64,000 nucleotides of DNA, taken from positions 7,453-71,452 of the forward strand of contig CALRCM010000001.1 in NCBI GenBank assembly GCA_943354555.1, in the 5' to 3' direction. The position numbers and the translations under genes are program-made. The stretch is from Candidatus Peribacteria bacterium. GTDB taxonomy: Bacteria; Patescibacteriota; Gracilibacteria; Peribacterales; Peribacteraceae. The stretch's first letter is position 1; each line of letters starts with the position of its first letter. Shown here piece by piece: positions 16,985 to 27,495 of this stretch. The notes beneath the pieces are model-generated. The model worked only from the letters and a program-made list of their open reading frames with translations, searched no databases and was not told the origin of the DNA.

Positions 16985-18028
16985 CTAGGGTCGATACATC
17001 GTCGCAATTGCATCCATATTTTCCCGCAGCCATCCATGGAGTGATGCCAGTCCTTCCTTTAGCTGCATCTTCGGTTCCCACCCCAATTCCTTTTTTGCCT
17101 TGGAATTGTCACTGACGAAAATAGGCTGATCACCGGGACGGACATCCGCGCGCGTCCATATCGGTTTCAATCCCAATGCTTTTTCCATATGTTCCATAAA
17201 TTCGATCAGCGAGAGCGTGTTACCTGATCCTCCGCCGATGTTATAAATCCGGCCATTGCATGTATCGATTTTTTCAATAGCGTTTTCATACAAACGTACA
17301 AGATCATCCACATACAGCAGGTCTCGCACTTGTTTGCCGTTTCCATAAATAGAGAGGGGACGACCAAGCATGCTCGCGATCAAAAACCATGCCACCCAGC
17401 CCTGATCCTCCACGCCAAGCTGATGCGGTCCGTAGATGCATGATTGCCGGAATACTACTGTCGGGATGCCGTACATGCGTGCGTAGTCACGGACGTACTG
17501 ATCCGCGGCGCCCTTGCTGCAGCCGTATGGGGAATGGAAATCGAGTGGCTCTTCTTCTGTCGCCCCCTTTCTGCCGTCGGCAAACACGTATCGATTTTCC
17601 TCCTCGCGCACGGGAATACTTTCGAGTCCGCCGTACACTTTGTTGGTGGAAGCGAAGAGTACGATGGGGGGATTCTTTACAGATCGTGCCGCCTCAAGAA
17701 CATGGAGCGTACCGAGGAGGTTCTGCTCGCAGTCCATCATCGGTTCTTTGACGGATGTTGTGACGGCGACCTGACCTGCAAGATGCAGGATGGCATCATG
17801 TGTTTCGGCCCCCTGTTCCAATGCTTTCTGATCCTTACAGACGTCGCCGCGGATGATCGTAACGGCATCAGGCCATTTCTCTTTTAAGAATGCAGCGTTG
17901 ATATCCACCCCTCTCCTTGAGAAATTATCGAACACGGTCACCTCCCAGCCACGGCTGGCAAAATGGTTAGCAGCGTTCACCCCAATGAATCCTACCCCCC
18001 CTGTAATGAAGATGCGTTTAGCGGGCAT
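16985..18028 (-). CDS. NAD-dependent epimerase/dehydratase (CDP-paratose 2-epimerase-like SDR)
   Basis: MPAKRIFITGGVGFIGVNAANHF...; catalytic YGCSKGAADQY. Start set at ATG 18028; the track ORF runs to 18172. Confidence 0.75.
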   Translation of the reverse strand: MPAKRIFITGGVGFIGVNAANHFASRGWEVTVFDNFSRRGVDINAAFLKEKWPDAVTIIRGDVCKDQKALEQGAETHDAILHLAGQVAVTTSVKEPMMDCEQNLLGTLHVLEAARSVKNPPIVLFASTNKVYGGLESIPVREEENRYVFADGRKGATEEEPLDFHSPYGCSKGAADQYVRDYARMYGIPTVVFRQSCIYGPHQLGVEDQGWVAWFLIASMLGRPLSIYGNGKQVRDLLYVDDLVRLYENAIEKIDTCNGRIYNIGGGSGNTLSLIEFMEHMEKALGLKPIWTRADVRPGDQPIFVSDNSKAKKELGWEPKMQLKEGLASLHGWLRENMDAIATMYRP

Positions 18029-19145
18029 GAAGGATACGATCGTAAAGAGAAATGTATTGTTTGGCAATGTTGCGCCAATCATGCAATGCGGCGTAGCTCT
18101 TTCCGCTTCGGCCCATGGCAACGGCCTGCTCCGGATGATCGAGCAAGCGGATGACTGCATCGGCAACGGCATCTATGTCTCCATCCGGTACCACGAAGCC
18201 GGTTTCTCCATCTTTTACGGCATCGCGTATGCCTCCGGCGTCCGTTGCCACGATCGGCTTTCCGCAGGCACTCGCCTCAAGATAGACGATGCCGAAACCT
18301 TCGAATTTCAGTCCGACAACTTTCGGCGTATGCACATAGATATCAGCGGATTGAAAGTATGCAACAAGTTCATCGCCACTTTTGCGGCCGACAAAATCCA
18401 CCGAGTCTCCGATTCCCAGTTCCTTTGTTAGCGTCTCCAGATCAGGACGCCCGTTGCCGTCACCGACAATGACATACATCGCATTGGGATGATTCTTGAG
18501 TATTTGCGGCATGGCTTTGAGGACAAGATCATGGCCTTTTCTGCCCCACAAACCTCCAACAGTCAGGAGAATTTTTTTCCCGTGATAGCGGTTCCGGATG
18601 GATGCCGTGTCCACGCTTTTTTGGAACCGATCGAAGTGGACGCCATTATGGATGATATCGATCGGGTAAGAACACTTTGCGAGCTCCAGAATTTTTTCTT
18701 TGGTATACACGCTTGGTACAGCGATCGCCTCTGCTTTCTTGTAACAATGTTTCAGCAACCAGCGCTCGGGGAAATACGTCAGTGGCCGGACGCCATGTGT
18801 TCCCTGTGCGCCTGTCATGAAGGGCTTGTCATATTGCCTCGCGGAAAGCAGAGCGGGTACGCAGTAGGGAAAGGCAAACAGGTCATGTACAAGATCACAA
18901 TCTGAAACATCTACAGTGCGGAAGTATTTCAAGCCTTCCGGCTGATATATACGGAAAACATATTCTGGCAGTACGCATCGTGTTTCACAGGGCAGGGAAG
19001 ATTGCGCAATGAATGTTTTCTGGGAACGCGGCAGAAAGAGCGTGCAGTCCACTGAGCATTGCTTTAGTGCATGCACCAGCTCCCAAGTGATATTGCCGTA
19101 GCCATCTTTTGGTTCGGCCGTAGAGGAGAAGAGTGCGATGCGCAT
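18018..19145 (-). CDS. Family 4 (GT-B, group 1) glycosyltransferase
   Basis: MRIALFSS...; LLTVGGLWGRKGHD...EGFGIVYLEASACGKPIVATDAGGIRDAV. The track start 19172 is a TTG; ATG at 19145. Confidence 0.8.
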   Translation of the reverse strand: MRIALFSSTAEPKDGYGNITWELVHALKQCSVDCTLFLPRSQKTFIAQSSLPCETRCVLPEYVFRIYQPEGLKYFRTVDVSDCDLVHDLFAFPYCVPALLSARQYDKPFMTGAQGTHGVRPLTYFPERWLLKHCYKKAEAIAVPSVYTKEKILELAKCSYPIDIIHNGVHFDRFQKSVDTASIRNRYHGKKILLTVGGLWGRKGHDLVLKAMPQILKNHPNAMYVIVGDGNGRPDLETLTKELGIGDSVDFVGRKSGDELVAYFQSADIYVHTPKVVGLKFEGFGIVYLEASACGKPIVATDAGGIRDAVKDGETGFVVPDGDIDAVADAVIRLLDHPEQAVAMGRSGKSYAALHDWRNIAKQYISLYDRILHAR

Positions 19146-19156
19146 ATCGATTTTCA

Positions 19157-20221
19157 TTATGATGCAATGCAATCTTCCCGTAGTGGCGTACCTCTTTCAA
19201 TCCGTTTTGCCGCTTTCTTGCCGATGATGTGATCGTATTCCTTCGGCGGAAGTCCGTTGGCTGGGCGGATGGAACGAATATTCTTGGTAGAGAATGTCTC
19301 GCCTTCTGCGATATCTTCCACAACGAAGAGAGAGCGGCGGAACTGCATACTCTTTTTCTCTTCCGGAGACGGGCCATAGTGTGCGGAGCCCAGGATCACG
19401 GGATCTAGTGACGCTGTTTCTATGTCTTTCTCTGCAGCGCGGATGGCATCAACCATTGAGCGAAATGCCTGAGGATCCAACGAGAAGGCGCTGTCCGGTC
19501 CACATTCATGCTGATCGAGCTTGAAGTGCTTTTCGATGATGCATGCACCGAGGCGGACTGCTGTGACCGCTGCCGCATTGTCCAGTGTGTGATCCGAAAG
19601 ACCGACGGGCACATGAAAATCTTTCATCATTGCGGGGATCGTATTCAGATTCATGGATTCTGGCTGCGCGGGATATGCACTCGTACACTTGAGTAAAGCC
19701 ACTTCACAGCCCTTCGCCGCTTCCAACGCATCCATAATCTCTTCGCGACTTGCCATGCCCGTAGAGATGATAATAGGCTTTCCAGTCGCAGCGACTTTGC
19801 GGATCAGCGACGTATCGACGATCTCAAACGAAGCGATTTTGTATGCGGGGACATCCATAGTTTCCAAAAAATCCACCGCTGTCGGATCAAACGGTGAGGA
19901 AAAGAGATCCATGCCAAGGTCATTGGCGATTTTCTTCAGTTTCGGCTGCCACTTCCATGGAGTGAAGGCCTCGCCGTACAGTGTATAAAGTGTTTTTCCT
20001 TCCCATAATGTTCCTTTCCCAACACGGAACTCTTCACGATCACAATCAATGGTGATGGTGTCGGGCGTGTAGGTCTGGAGTTTCACCGCATCGGCTCCGG
20101 CATTTTTCATGGCACGGATGATCTCCACGGCTTTTTCAAAACTCTGACCGTGGTTCGCCGACATCTCCGCGATGATGTAGACGGGATTGCCGGATCCGAT
20201 GGTGTGTCTGCCGATCTTCAC
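19157..20221 (-). CDS. pseI: Pseudaminic acid synthase
   Basis: Collinear with C. jejuni PseI as I recall it: IIAEMSANHGQSFEKAVEIIRAMKNAGADAVKLQTYTPDTITID, KIASFE, GLSDHT, IIEKHF, plus C-terminal SAF domain (RRSLFVVEDIAEGETFSTKNIRSIRP). GTG start overlaps the upstream stop (GTGA). Confidence 0.85.
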   Translation of the reverse strand: MKIGRHTIGSGNPVYIIAEMSANHGQSFEKAVEIIRAMKNAGADAVKLQTYTPDTITIDCDREEFRVGKGTLWEGKTLYTLYGEAFTPWKWQPKLKKIANDLGMDLFSSPFDPTAVDFLETMDVPAYKIASFEIVDTSLIRKVAATGKPIIISTGMASREEIMDALEAAKGCEVALLKCTSAYPAQPESMNLNTIPAMMKDFHVPVGLSDHTLDNAAAVTAVRLGACIIEKHFKLDQHECGPDSAFSLDPQAFRSMVDAIRAAEKDIETASLDPVILGSAHYGPSPEEKKSMQFRRSLFVVEDIAEGETFSTKNIRSIRPANGLPPKEYDHIIGKKAAKRIERGTPLREDCIAS

Positions 20222-21708
20222 ACTGGCATGGTAGCTCTTGCGATCGTCATATGCAGAGCGGATTGGCCGTGAATTTCCGATAATCCGCGCTCCTGAAATC
20301 CCGCCTTTTGGAATGCTTTTATGGAAGCCAAATTATCAGGCTTGATGAATGCATCAACTTCTTTGGCATCGCTGGTCCTGAATAATCGATTGCATCCCTG
20401 CTTGATCAGAGCTGTTCCATAGCCTTTTCCGCGACATGCCTTATCCAGATTGATGGAGATAGTCGCGCGGTTTCCCTCCAGAGCGAAGCGCACCAGCCCT
20501 ACAGGAAGATCATCTGTATCCATGGCGATAGAGAGCCGGTCATTTGGGGATGTGAGTTTTTTGGTAAACCACTTCCGGTGATCATCTTCTATAATGGAGG
20601 CACTAGAAAAGGATGCAGAGCGGGCTTCCGGATCATTTGCCCATCCAAAGATCTGCATGCAGTCATCGGTCATAGCATCACGCAGCCACAAAGGGTCTTC
20701 GGAAAGCTTCTGGCAAACACGCAGGGCGCCGTATCCATCTACGAAAGACTGACATTGTTTGGACATTATTGATCTTTTATCGGGATCAGCCCTAAGGCTT
20801 TGGACTGCCTGCCGTATTGCTTCCGGAGTGATGTCTGCATGCCATCCCAAATTTACTGCTCCACCCGATCGCTCCCACTGCTGCGCGACGTCCCGCTGGT
20901 TCTCTGCAAGCACAAGAAGAATCATCGGCACTCCCATACACGCGAGTTCGTACGTTGTTGTTCCTCCGGCGGCGAGTGCAATATCTGCTTCCTCCATCAG
21001 CTGCGGCATATTTGTGGCATTGCTTACGCATGTGAATCCTGCGCTTTTTGCCGCCTTCTCCAGTACTGCTTTCTCAGGATGTGCACCTCCAATCACCACC
21101 GTGACATGTCGCAGATGCATTTCAGCGAGAGCCTCAATGATTTTTCTGGTCACATTGGATGGATCTGCTCCTCCGAGGGTGACAAGAATATTGTCAGCAT
21201 TACTCCCAGAGGCTTTCTTTGCTTTATGTTTTGAGAATTCTTCGCGCAGTAGAGCGAATCGCGGCCCTGCAAGCAATTGTGCGGATAGAGGTTGTGCACC
21301 GGCGGATCTTTCTGCTCCGATATTCTGATTTAGAATGACATCTGCAACTCCATACTCTGCAGGAAAATCATGAAGCGCCAGTAGAGGAATTCCTTTTCCC
21401 TGCAGTGCTTTGCGGTACATGTCATCAAAAGCATATCCATCAAGAGCGATCCACAGAGCTTCATATGCTTTTGCATAGGCAAGAGTTTCCTGAGCATCAT
21501 CCGGTCCGTATGCGCTTTTTTTAAGCGATTGATACGCATATCCATCATGGATGATTTTTTCTCTGAGAAAATCCGGCATTTCTGAAGCGACGAAACAAAC
21601 GCTCCCTCCACTTGCTTTGATGGCATGTGCGAGCGCCAGACAGCGCATGACATGGCCTGTGCCAATACTTGGGCTTGCGTCTGCGCGGATGAGAAGACGA
21701 AGCGGCAT
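20218..21708 (-). CDS. pseG-pseH: Bifunctional PseG (UDP-2,4-diacetamido-2,4,6-trideoxy-beta-L-altropyranose hydrolase) fused to a PseH-type GNAT N-acetyltransferase
   Basis: N-terminus LLIRADASPSIGTGHVMRCLALAHAI (PseG signature) with a GT-B-like body. C-terminal ~170 aa are GNAT (IFGWANDPEARSASF...ACRGKGYGTALI). Confidence 0.75.
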   Translation of the reverse strand: MPLRLLIRADASPSIGTGHVMRCLALAHAIKASGGSVCFVASEMPDFLREKIIHDGYAYQSLKKSAYGPDDAQETLAYAKAYEALWIALDGYAFDDMYRKALQGKGIPLLALHDFPAEYGVADVILNQNIGAERSAGAQPLSAQLLAGPRFALLREEFSKHKAKKASGSNADNILVTLGGADPSNVTRKIIEALAEMHLRHVTVVIGGAHPEKAVLEKAAKSAGFTCVSNATNMPQLMEEADIALAAGGTTTYELACMGVPMILLVLAENQRDVAQQWERSGGAVNLGWHADITPEAIRQAVQSLRADPDKRSIMSKQCQSFVDGYGALRVCQKLSEDPLWLRDAMTDDCMQIFGWANDPEARSASFSSASIIEDDHRKWFTKKLTSPNDRLSIAMDTDDLPVGLVRFALEGNRATISINLDKACRGKGYGTALIKQGCNRLFRTSDAKEVDAFIKPDNLASIKAFQKAGFQERGLSEIHGQSALHMTIARATMPV

Positions 21709-23534
21709 CAGGAAGGTGATTGTGGATTCCCGCCCCGACGGAAGAGAACTTTGTAATCGTCGTATGGCAGATAGGGCTTGGCGCAGTCGGGGATATCTTC
21801 CGTAAATCGTTCCTTGATCAGCGGAAGGATCGGCTTGATAAGTTCCCGTGTATAGAATTCCTCTTCATTGAAGACCATGACTTCTGTACGTTCGAGAATA
21901 TTTTCCACGGTCTGCTTTCCATACGCGTGATCGGGCGGGAAATATGCGGGCATCGCCAGTCCCATCAATGGTCCCCAAGGGGAATGCTTAGAGAAGGATA
22001 GGCTGACTGTACTCACATTAATATTAGCTCTCTTCACTCTGCACGCATCAAGCAGGGCATCAAGACGTTCGATGTCTTTCCGAGTATGCGCATAGTTCGA
22101 GAGGAGCAAACCAGCATGTCCCTCCACGTGTTTTGGATTGGGATAATAAAAGATGCCTGCTAGAAGTACTGTGCCTGCGAGTATGGTAAGCAGCATCGGC
22201 GATAGGCGATTGTTTATGCTTTCCCTCATTCCAAGAAGGAGCAGTGTCCCGTAGACCGGAATGGCGAAAACGAAGAAGTTCGAGTGATAGGCAACTCCGG
22301 CGGCAATAGCGAGAGCCGCCAGGTAGAGAATCGCCAGCGTATACACGCTACGCCGCAGAAGCGTCCGGTCGATGCGCCAGAGTCCGAAGCTGCCAGCCAG
22401 AGCTACGATGATCCATGCATATTCTTTTACCGAGAATGATTGATTGATGATGGAGAGGACAGGGGCATCTGGATACATGCCCTTCAATGTGAGAATCAGG
22501 AACACAAGGTTCATCGCGACCATCGTCGGAAACATCATCACCCATGAGCAGATAACCTTCTTCCATGATTGGCGTTTACGGGAGAGAAACAGCGGTGTGC
22601 TCATCCAGAGCAGGATGATCATCCATCCGGTGAATCTGCTGGACGGGTAATACTTAACAATATCCGCGTAGATGCGTCCTGTGCGCATCCGACGTAGCCA
22701 TAGAGGGCTATATTCCGTGACTTCCTGTACGCGGTGAATGAGCATATTGGGCAGATGCACTCCGAAGTACGGCCAGAGCAACCCCAAAGACCACAGCACG
22801 ATGCATCCGGTAATCGCGGCGAGACCGAGAGGCAGGACGAAGGTTCGTAGCAAGCCTTTCCATGATGGCGTGAGAAGCAGGGCGATAGCGAAGTTTGCAA
22901 TCAGAAACGGCTCCTTCATGCCTATGGAGAGGAGCATTGCGACGCTTGCCACCGCAATACTTGTTCGTGAACGTAACTCTGTTCGCAGCAACACGAAGGC
23001 ATAGACCATGCTGAAGAAAAACCCGAATCCCTCCGGTTGCAGTGCTCCGCTACGTTCTTCTGTATAGAACATGAGCACTGCACTGCCGATGAACCCAATT
23101 CCTGCAATAAGCCATGTTTGCGGGAATGTCCACTTTTTCTCAGAGGCCGTGAATGCGTAGGAGGCAATCAGAATCGGAAAGCAAAGAAAGAGTGCCACTT
23201 GTAGCCATGTCGCAAACATCTCTCCGTTCGTAAGCCACAGTGAGACCGCCATCAGGAGATAAATTCCCGGCGGCTTGGCATCGAAAATATCCGTGTATGG
23301 TTTAAGTCCGTTGAGTATTGCCCGTCCCACCATGACATACGATCCCGCATCAGAGTGCATGGGACCTTCAAGCTCCAGTGCCAGCGTATGGACCATGTCC
23401 AACAGCACTTTACCAAGGACGAGGACAACGACGATTGCAACAAGTGCGATAAGAATACGACGGACGTTATGCATGTGCGCTACGATATGCCCTTCGCCGA
23501 CAGCTGCCAACTTGCTAGATGTACTGTCCTGCAT
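21708..23534 (-). CDS. Polytopic GT-C-like membrane glycosyltransferase (ArnT/PMT-like) or polymerase
   Basis: More than 12 TM segments; first-loop motif YTDIFDAKPPGIYLL typical of GT-C enzymes. Alternative start ATG 23474. Confidence 0.5.
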   Translation of the reverse strand: MQDSTSSKLAAVGEGHIVAHMHNVRRILIALVAIVVVLVLGKVLLDMVHTLALELEGPMHSDAGSYVMVGRAILNGLKPYTDIFDAKPPGIYLLMAVSLWLTNGEMFATWLQVALFLCFPILIASYAFTASEKKWTFPQTWLIAGIGFIGSAVLMFYTEERSGALQPEGFGFFFSMVYAFVLLRTELRSRTSIAVASVAMLLSIGMKEPFLIANFAIALLLTPSWKGLLRTFVLPLGLAAITGCIVLWSLGLLWPYFGVHLPNMLIHRVQEVTEYSPLWLRRMRTGRIYADIVKYYPSSRFTGWMIILLWMSTPLFLSRKRQSWKKVICSWVMMFPTMVAMNLVFLILTLKGMYPDAPVLSIINQSFSVKEYAWIIVALAGSFGLWRIDRTLLRRSVYTLAILYLAALAIAAGVAYHSNFFVFAIPVYGTLLLLGMRESINNRLSPMLLTILAGTVLLAGIFYYPNPKHVEGHAGLLLSNYAHTRKDIERLDALLDACRVKRANINVSTVSLSFSKHSPWGPLMGLAMPAYFPPDHAYGKQTVENILERTEVMVFNEEEFYTRELIKPILPLIKERFTEDIPDCAKPYLPYDDYKVLFRRGGNPQSPS

Positions 23535-24252
23535 CCACTTTGATGATCTGCCCCGTCATATGCCGTGAAGATTCGCTGCAGAGGAACGCGACGACTGGTG
23601 CGATGTCCTGTGGCGTTCCCAGTCGCTTGATCACACACTCACTCAGAACGAGATCGCGCATGGCTTGAGGGGTCTCTTTCTGTGACGGAGTTTCGATGAA
23701 GCCCGGTGCAACGAGGTTCACATTCACATTGTACTCACCAAGTTCGATTGCTGCGGCCTTTATAAGGCCCGTGAGACCTGCTTTTGCTGCGTTGTAACTT
23801 GCGGTATTTCTTCGTGCACGTAGCCCGTTAATCGAACCAATCGCCACGATCTTGCCGCTCTTCTGCTTCAGAAAATGCGGCGCGGCGGCATGAATGTAAT
23901 TGAATGTGCCTTTGAGGCAGACATCCACAACCTCGTCCCAGTCTTTCTCAGAGAGTTCCCAAAGGAGTCCTATGCGTGCAAATCCCGCATTGCAGACCAG
24001 TGCGTCGATTCCCCCCAGCGTTTTCTGTACTTCATCGATAACAGAATGTGCCAAGGAAAAATCTGCCGCGTCAGCCTGAATCATCAACGCTTTGCGCTTT
24101 ATCCCCTCGATCTCTTTCACCAGTTTTTTTGCGGCGTCCGCATCTTCCACGTACGTGAATGCGACATCGAAGCCGTCGCGGGCAAGCGTGCGGACGATCT
24201 CCGCGCCGAGTCCGCGTGATCCTCCGGTGACGAGAGCGACTCCATGTGCCAT
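23515..24252 (-). CDS. Short-chain dehydrogenase/reductase (FabG-like)
   Basis: VALVTGGSRGLGAEI, NAG, YNAAK motifs. Confidence 0.8.
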   Translation of the reverse strand: MAHGVALVTGGSRGLGAEIVRTLARDGFDVAFTYVEDADAAKKLVKEIEGIKRKALMIQADAADFSLAHSVIDEVQKTLGGIDALVCNAGFARIGLLWELSEKDWDEVVDVCLKGTFNYIHAAAPHFLKQKSGKIVAIGSINGLRARRNTASYNAAKAGLTGLIKAAAIELGEYNVNVNLVAPGFIETPSQKETPQAMRDLVLSECVIKRLGTPQDIAPVVAFLCSESSRHMTGQIIKVDAGQYI

Positions 24253-24285
24253 GAGGTGATCCTAACACATGCAGTTTGGCTGCAA

Positions 24286-25275
24286 TCAGTGATTTATGTT
24301 TTTTCGTGCCTGCAGGGCGATCGAAAGGACACGGACTCCTTCTGTAAGATTCCCCATAGGCACTACACCTGATGCAATGCACGCAAGAAAATGCTGGAGT
24401 TCGTCGATGTACATCTGATTAATGTCATATCCTGCAGGTTCCGGCACGGATTCCTGCACTTGTCCGGATGTATCCTGAACCTCAACGGTTTTTTTATGAA
24501 TATCCCAAGAGAGCGTTCCTTCCGTTCCCTTGATGATGCAGTACCGTTTATATTCCTTCTCCATAAAACTGAGGTGCACGTTCGAGCTTGCGCCTGATGC
24601 ATGGTGGAGCTTCAGATCTGCTGTGCCTTCTACGGGGATGCCCAGACTATCCGCCTGCCTGAGGCTGCATTCCGTCAGCTTCGCCTCACCAAGATACCAC
24701 AGTGCCAGATCGATTTCATGAATACAGTCGAGGATTGCGCCGCCTTGTGCGGGGTCCGCACTGTAACTTCTGCGGTAGTCGGTTTTTGGCCGCCAGTCCG
24801 GAAGATACGATCCGGTGTAGACCTCCGCATATGTGGGCGTGCCGATCTTTCCCTCTTCCAGAAGGCGCTTCACGGTCGCGGGCCCGAAGTGAAAGCGCAT
24901 ATTGCAGCCGATCATGCATGTCAGATGGTTTTCCTTCACGATCCGCTGCAGATCATCGAGTCCGTCTGCTGTATGGGAAAGAGGCTTCTCGATAAACAAG
25001 TGTTTACCTTGTGCTGCTGCAGCGATTGCCTGTGACACATGGAATTTTGTCGGACTGCAGACAGCGGCGACCGTGATACGGTCGTCTTTGAAAGCCTGCT
25101 CTATGGTGGCGTAATCATCACAGGACATTTCCTGTGCAATGGATATTCTGCGCTCTGCATCAGGGTCGCATATGGCGATATGCTTTACACCGATCGTCCG
25201 GAGATTTCTTGCATGACGCGCTCCGATGGAGCCCGCCCCTATGACCAGTACCCCGTGATTGCCTGCATCCGGCAT
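24286..25275 (-). CDS. Gfo/Idh/MocA-family NAD(P)-dependent oxidoreductase
   Basis: VLVIGAGSIGARHARNL Rossmann N-terminus; EKP motif (HLFIEKPLS). Start set at ATG 25275, right after the pseC stop. Confidence 0.75.
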   Translation of the reverse strand: MPDAGNHGVLVIGAGSIGARHARNLRTIGVKHIAICDPDAERRISIAQEMSCDDYATIEQAFKDDRITVAAVCSPTKFHVSQAIAAAAQGKHLFIEKPLSHTADGLDDLQRIVKENHLTCMIGCNMRFHFGPATVKRLLEEGKIGTPTYAEVYTGSYLPDWRPKTDYRRSYSADPAQGGAILDCIHEIDLALWYLGEAKLTECSLRQADSLGIPVEGTADLKLHHASGASSNVHLSFMEKEYKRYCIIKGTEGTLSWDIHKKTVEVQDTSGQVQESVPEPAGYDINQMYIDELQHFLACIASGVVPMGNLTEGVRVLSIALQARKNINH

Positions 25276-25276
25276 G

Positions 25277-26470
25277 TTATCGGGCGTAAAAAGCACAGAC
25301 CTTGCGTACCGCTTCTATAACGTCATCAGCATCACTGTCGCTCATTGCTGCAAAGATCGGCAGGGAAAGCATCCGTTCGTACGCCGCTTCGGCCATGGGA
25401 CACATGCCTGGTTTCGTCCCGAATCGTTTTTTGTAGAACGGATGCAGGTGTGCGGGAACATAGTGCACATTGACGCCGATGTTTTCTGCCGAGAGCGCTT
25501 CGAAGATTTCCTTGCGCCCCACGCGCAGCCTTTCAGGAACAATCTGCACGACGTACAAGTGATATGCATGTACGACATTTTTGCGGACTTTCAGGGTGTG
25601 AACACCTGGGAGCATCGCAAGGGCTGTGTCATATTTTTTTGCAATGGCTCTCCGTCGCTCATTCCATTGAAGAACCTTTTTCAGCTGACTCATGGCAAGT
25701 GCCGATTGGATGTCTGTAAGTCGGTAGTTGTAGCCCAGTTCCTGCATTTCATAAAACCATGAACGCGCTTCGTGGCGTTCCCGGTGTTCGCTTGTGATGC
25801 CGTGATTCCGGAATCGCCGCATGCGCTTTGCATAGTCATGATTATCCGTGGTGATCATTCCACCTTCGCCTGTGGTCATGGGTTTTACAGGATGAAAACT
25901 GAAGGTGGAAAGATCTGCGAGAGACCCTACCGAATGATCGTTATCCTTTCCTCCGAGTGCATGACACGCATCTGCCACGAGTGCGAGTTTGTGCTTCTGT
26001 GCGATGGCGGATAGTGCTGCGTAATCCGCAGGCTGCCCTGCGTAATCTACTGCGATGATTGCCTTGGTATTTTTCGTGATCGCCTTTTCCACGCATACCG
26101 GATCAATTAGCAGCGTCGCAGGGTCGCTATCCACGAATACCGGTGTACCACCCTGAAAGACAACAGCATTTGCCGTCGCGGCAAACGTCATCGTTGGAAC
26201 AATGACTTCGTCCCCTTTGCCGATATCCAGAGCGAACATGGCCGCATGAAGTGCAGCCGTGCCACTATTTACTGCAACTGCTTCATGTACACCGCAGAAA
26301 TCCGCGAATGCGGTCTCGAATTCCTTTATCTTGGGCCCCGTCGTGAGCCAATCCGAACGAAGTACCTCCGTTACCGCTGCGATATCCTCCTCGCTGACCG
26401 ACTGGCGCCCGTAGGGGAGCAGAGTCTTTCGCACGGGTGTGCCGCCGTCGATGGCGAGAGTGGCGGGCAT
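25277..26470 (-). CDS. pseC: UDP-4-amino-4,6-dideoxy-N-acetyl-beta-L-altrosamine transaminase (DegT/DnrJ/EryC1 family)
   Basis: LPYGRQSVSEEDIAAVTEVLRSDWLTTGPKIKEFE N-terminus typical of PseC; PLP-Lys region FSFHPVKPMTTGEGG; adjacent to pseB. Confidence 0.8.
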   Translation of the reverse strand: MPATLAIDGGTPVRKTLLPYGRQSVSEEDIAAVTEVLRSDWLTTGPKIKEFETAFADFCGVHEAVAVNSGTAALHAAMFALDIGKGDEVIVPTMTFAATANAVVFQGGTPVFVDSDPATLLIDPVCVEKAITKNTKAIIAVDYAGQPADYAALSAIAQKHKLALVADACHALGGKDNDHSVGSLADLSTFSFHPVKPMTTGEGGMITTDNHDYAKRMRRFRNHGITSEHRERHEARSWFYEMQELGYNYRLTDIQSALAMSQLKKVLQWNERRRAIAKKYDTALAMLPGVHTLKVRKNVVHAYHLYVVQIVPERLRVGRKEIFEALSAENIGVNVHYVPAHLHPFYKKRFGTKPGMCPMAEAAYERMLSLPIFAAMSDSDADDVIEAVRKVCAFYAR

Positions 26471-26480
26471 GGGATTTCTT

Positions 26481-27446
26481 TCAGAGCATTTTTTTCAGCT
26501 GCTCTACAGTGAGCCAGTCTGTATTCGTATCACTGGCGTAGCGGTAACCTTCTTTGGTATTGGGCTTCGGCCATTCTGTCTGCGAGGTCCACGTCGGATA
26601 CTCCGGAAGGATGACAAAAGAATCTTTGAGTTCAACTGCGTGGCGCGATTCGTCTTCTGAAAGAAGGACTTCGTGAAGCTTTTCCCCGGCACGGATGCCG
26701 ACGATCTTCCGCGCACAGCCCGGCGCTACTGCATCGGCAAGGTCGGTTATACGCATGCTCGGAATCTTCGGCACGAAAACCTCTCCGCCGCCCATGTCCG
26801 CGATTGCGCGCATCACGAGCCGTACGCCCTGTTCCAACGTGATCCAAAATCGTGTCATACGATCATCGGTGATGGTGATAGTTCCCGTCTCGCGTTGCTT
26901 GAGAAACACGGGAATAACGCTTCCGCGGCTTCCCACAACATTGCCGTACCGGACGCAGGAAAATTGCGTTGGGGCATTGCCACTATAAGCATTGCCCTGT
27001 GTGAAGATTTTTTCGGCAACGAGCTTCGTCGCGCCGTAGAGATTCACGGGATTGACCGCTTTGTCGGTGCTCAATGCGACGACTTTCTTCACTCCTGCAT
27101 CGAGCGCTGCCTCCACCACATTACGTGCTCCACCGATATTCGTTTCCACAGCTTCCAGCGGATTGTATTCACACGCAGTGACATGCTTCAGCGCTGCGGC
27201 ATGGATGACGACATCCACTCCTGCCATAGCACGACGAAGACGGTTCTGATCACGAACATCCCCGATGAAGTATCGCATGCAGGGTGCATCAAATCCCTCT
27301 GCGTGCATGTCATGTTGCTTGAGCTCGTCGCGGCTGAAGATCGCGAGACGTTTGGGTTTGCATTCCTTTACTACAATTTCTGCAAACTTCTTGCCGAACG
27401 ACCCTGTTCCGCCGGTAACGAGGATAGAGGCATTAGAGAGATCCAT
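26481..27446 (-). CDS. pseB: UDP-N-acetylglucosamine 4,6-dehydratase (inverting)
   Basis: Long collinear matches to PseB: ILVTGGTGSFGK, SRDELKQ, PCMRYFIGDVRD, VIHAAALKHV, ALSTDKAVNPVNLYGATK, RYGNVVGSRGSVIP, MTRFWI, IGIRAGEKLHE. Confidence 0.9.
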   Translation of the reverse strand: MDLSNASILVTGGTGSFGKKFAEIVVKECKPKRLAIFSRDELKQHDMHAEGFDAPCMRYFIGDVRDQNRLRRAMAGVDVVIHAAALKHVTACEYNPLEAVETNIGGARNVVEAALDAGVKKVVALSTDKAVNPVNLYGATKLVAEKIFTQGNAYSGNAPTQFSCVRYGNVVGSRGSVIPVFLKQRETGTITITDDRMTRFWITLEQGVRLVMRAIADMGGGEVFVPKIPSMRITDLADAVAPGCARKIVGIRAGEKLHEVLLSEDESRHAVELKDSFVILPEYPTWTSQTEWPKPNTKEGYRYASDTNTDWLTVEQLKKML

Positions 27447-27495
27447 TGATTGGCATCCTAACACAGTTCCCATGGTCTTTGGCTATCGTTCAGCC

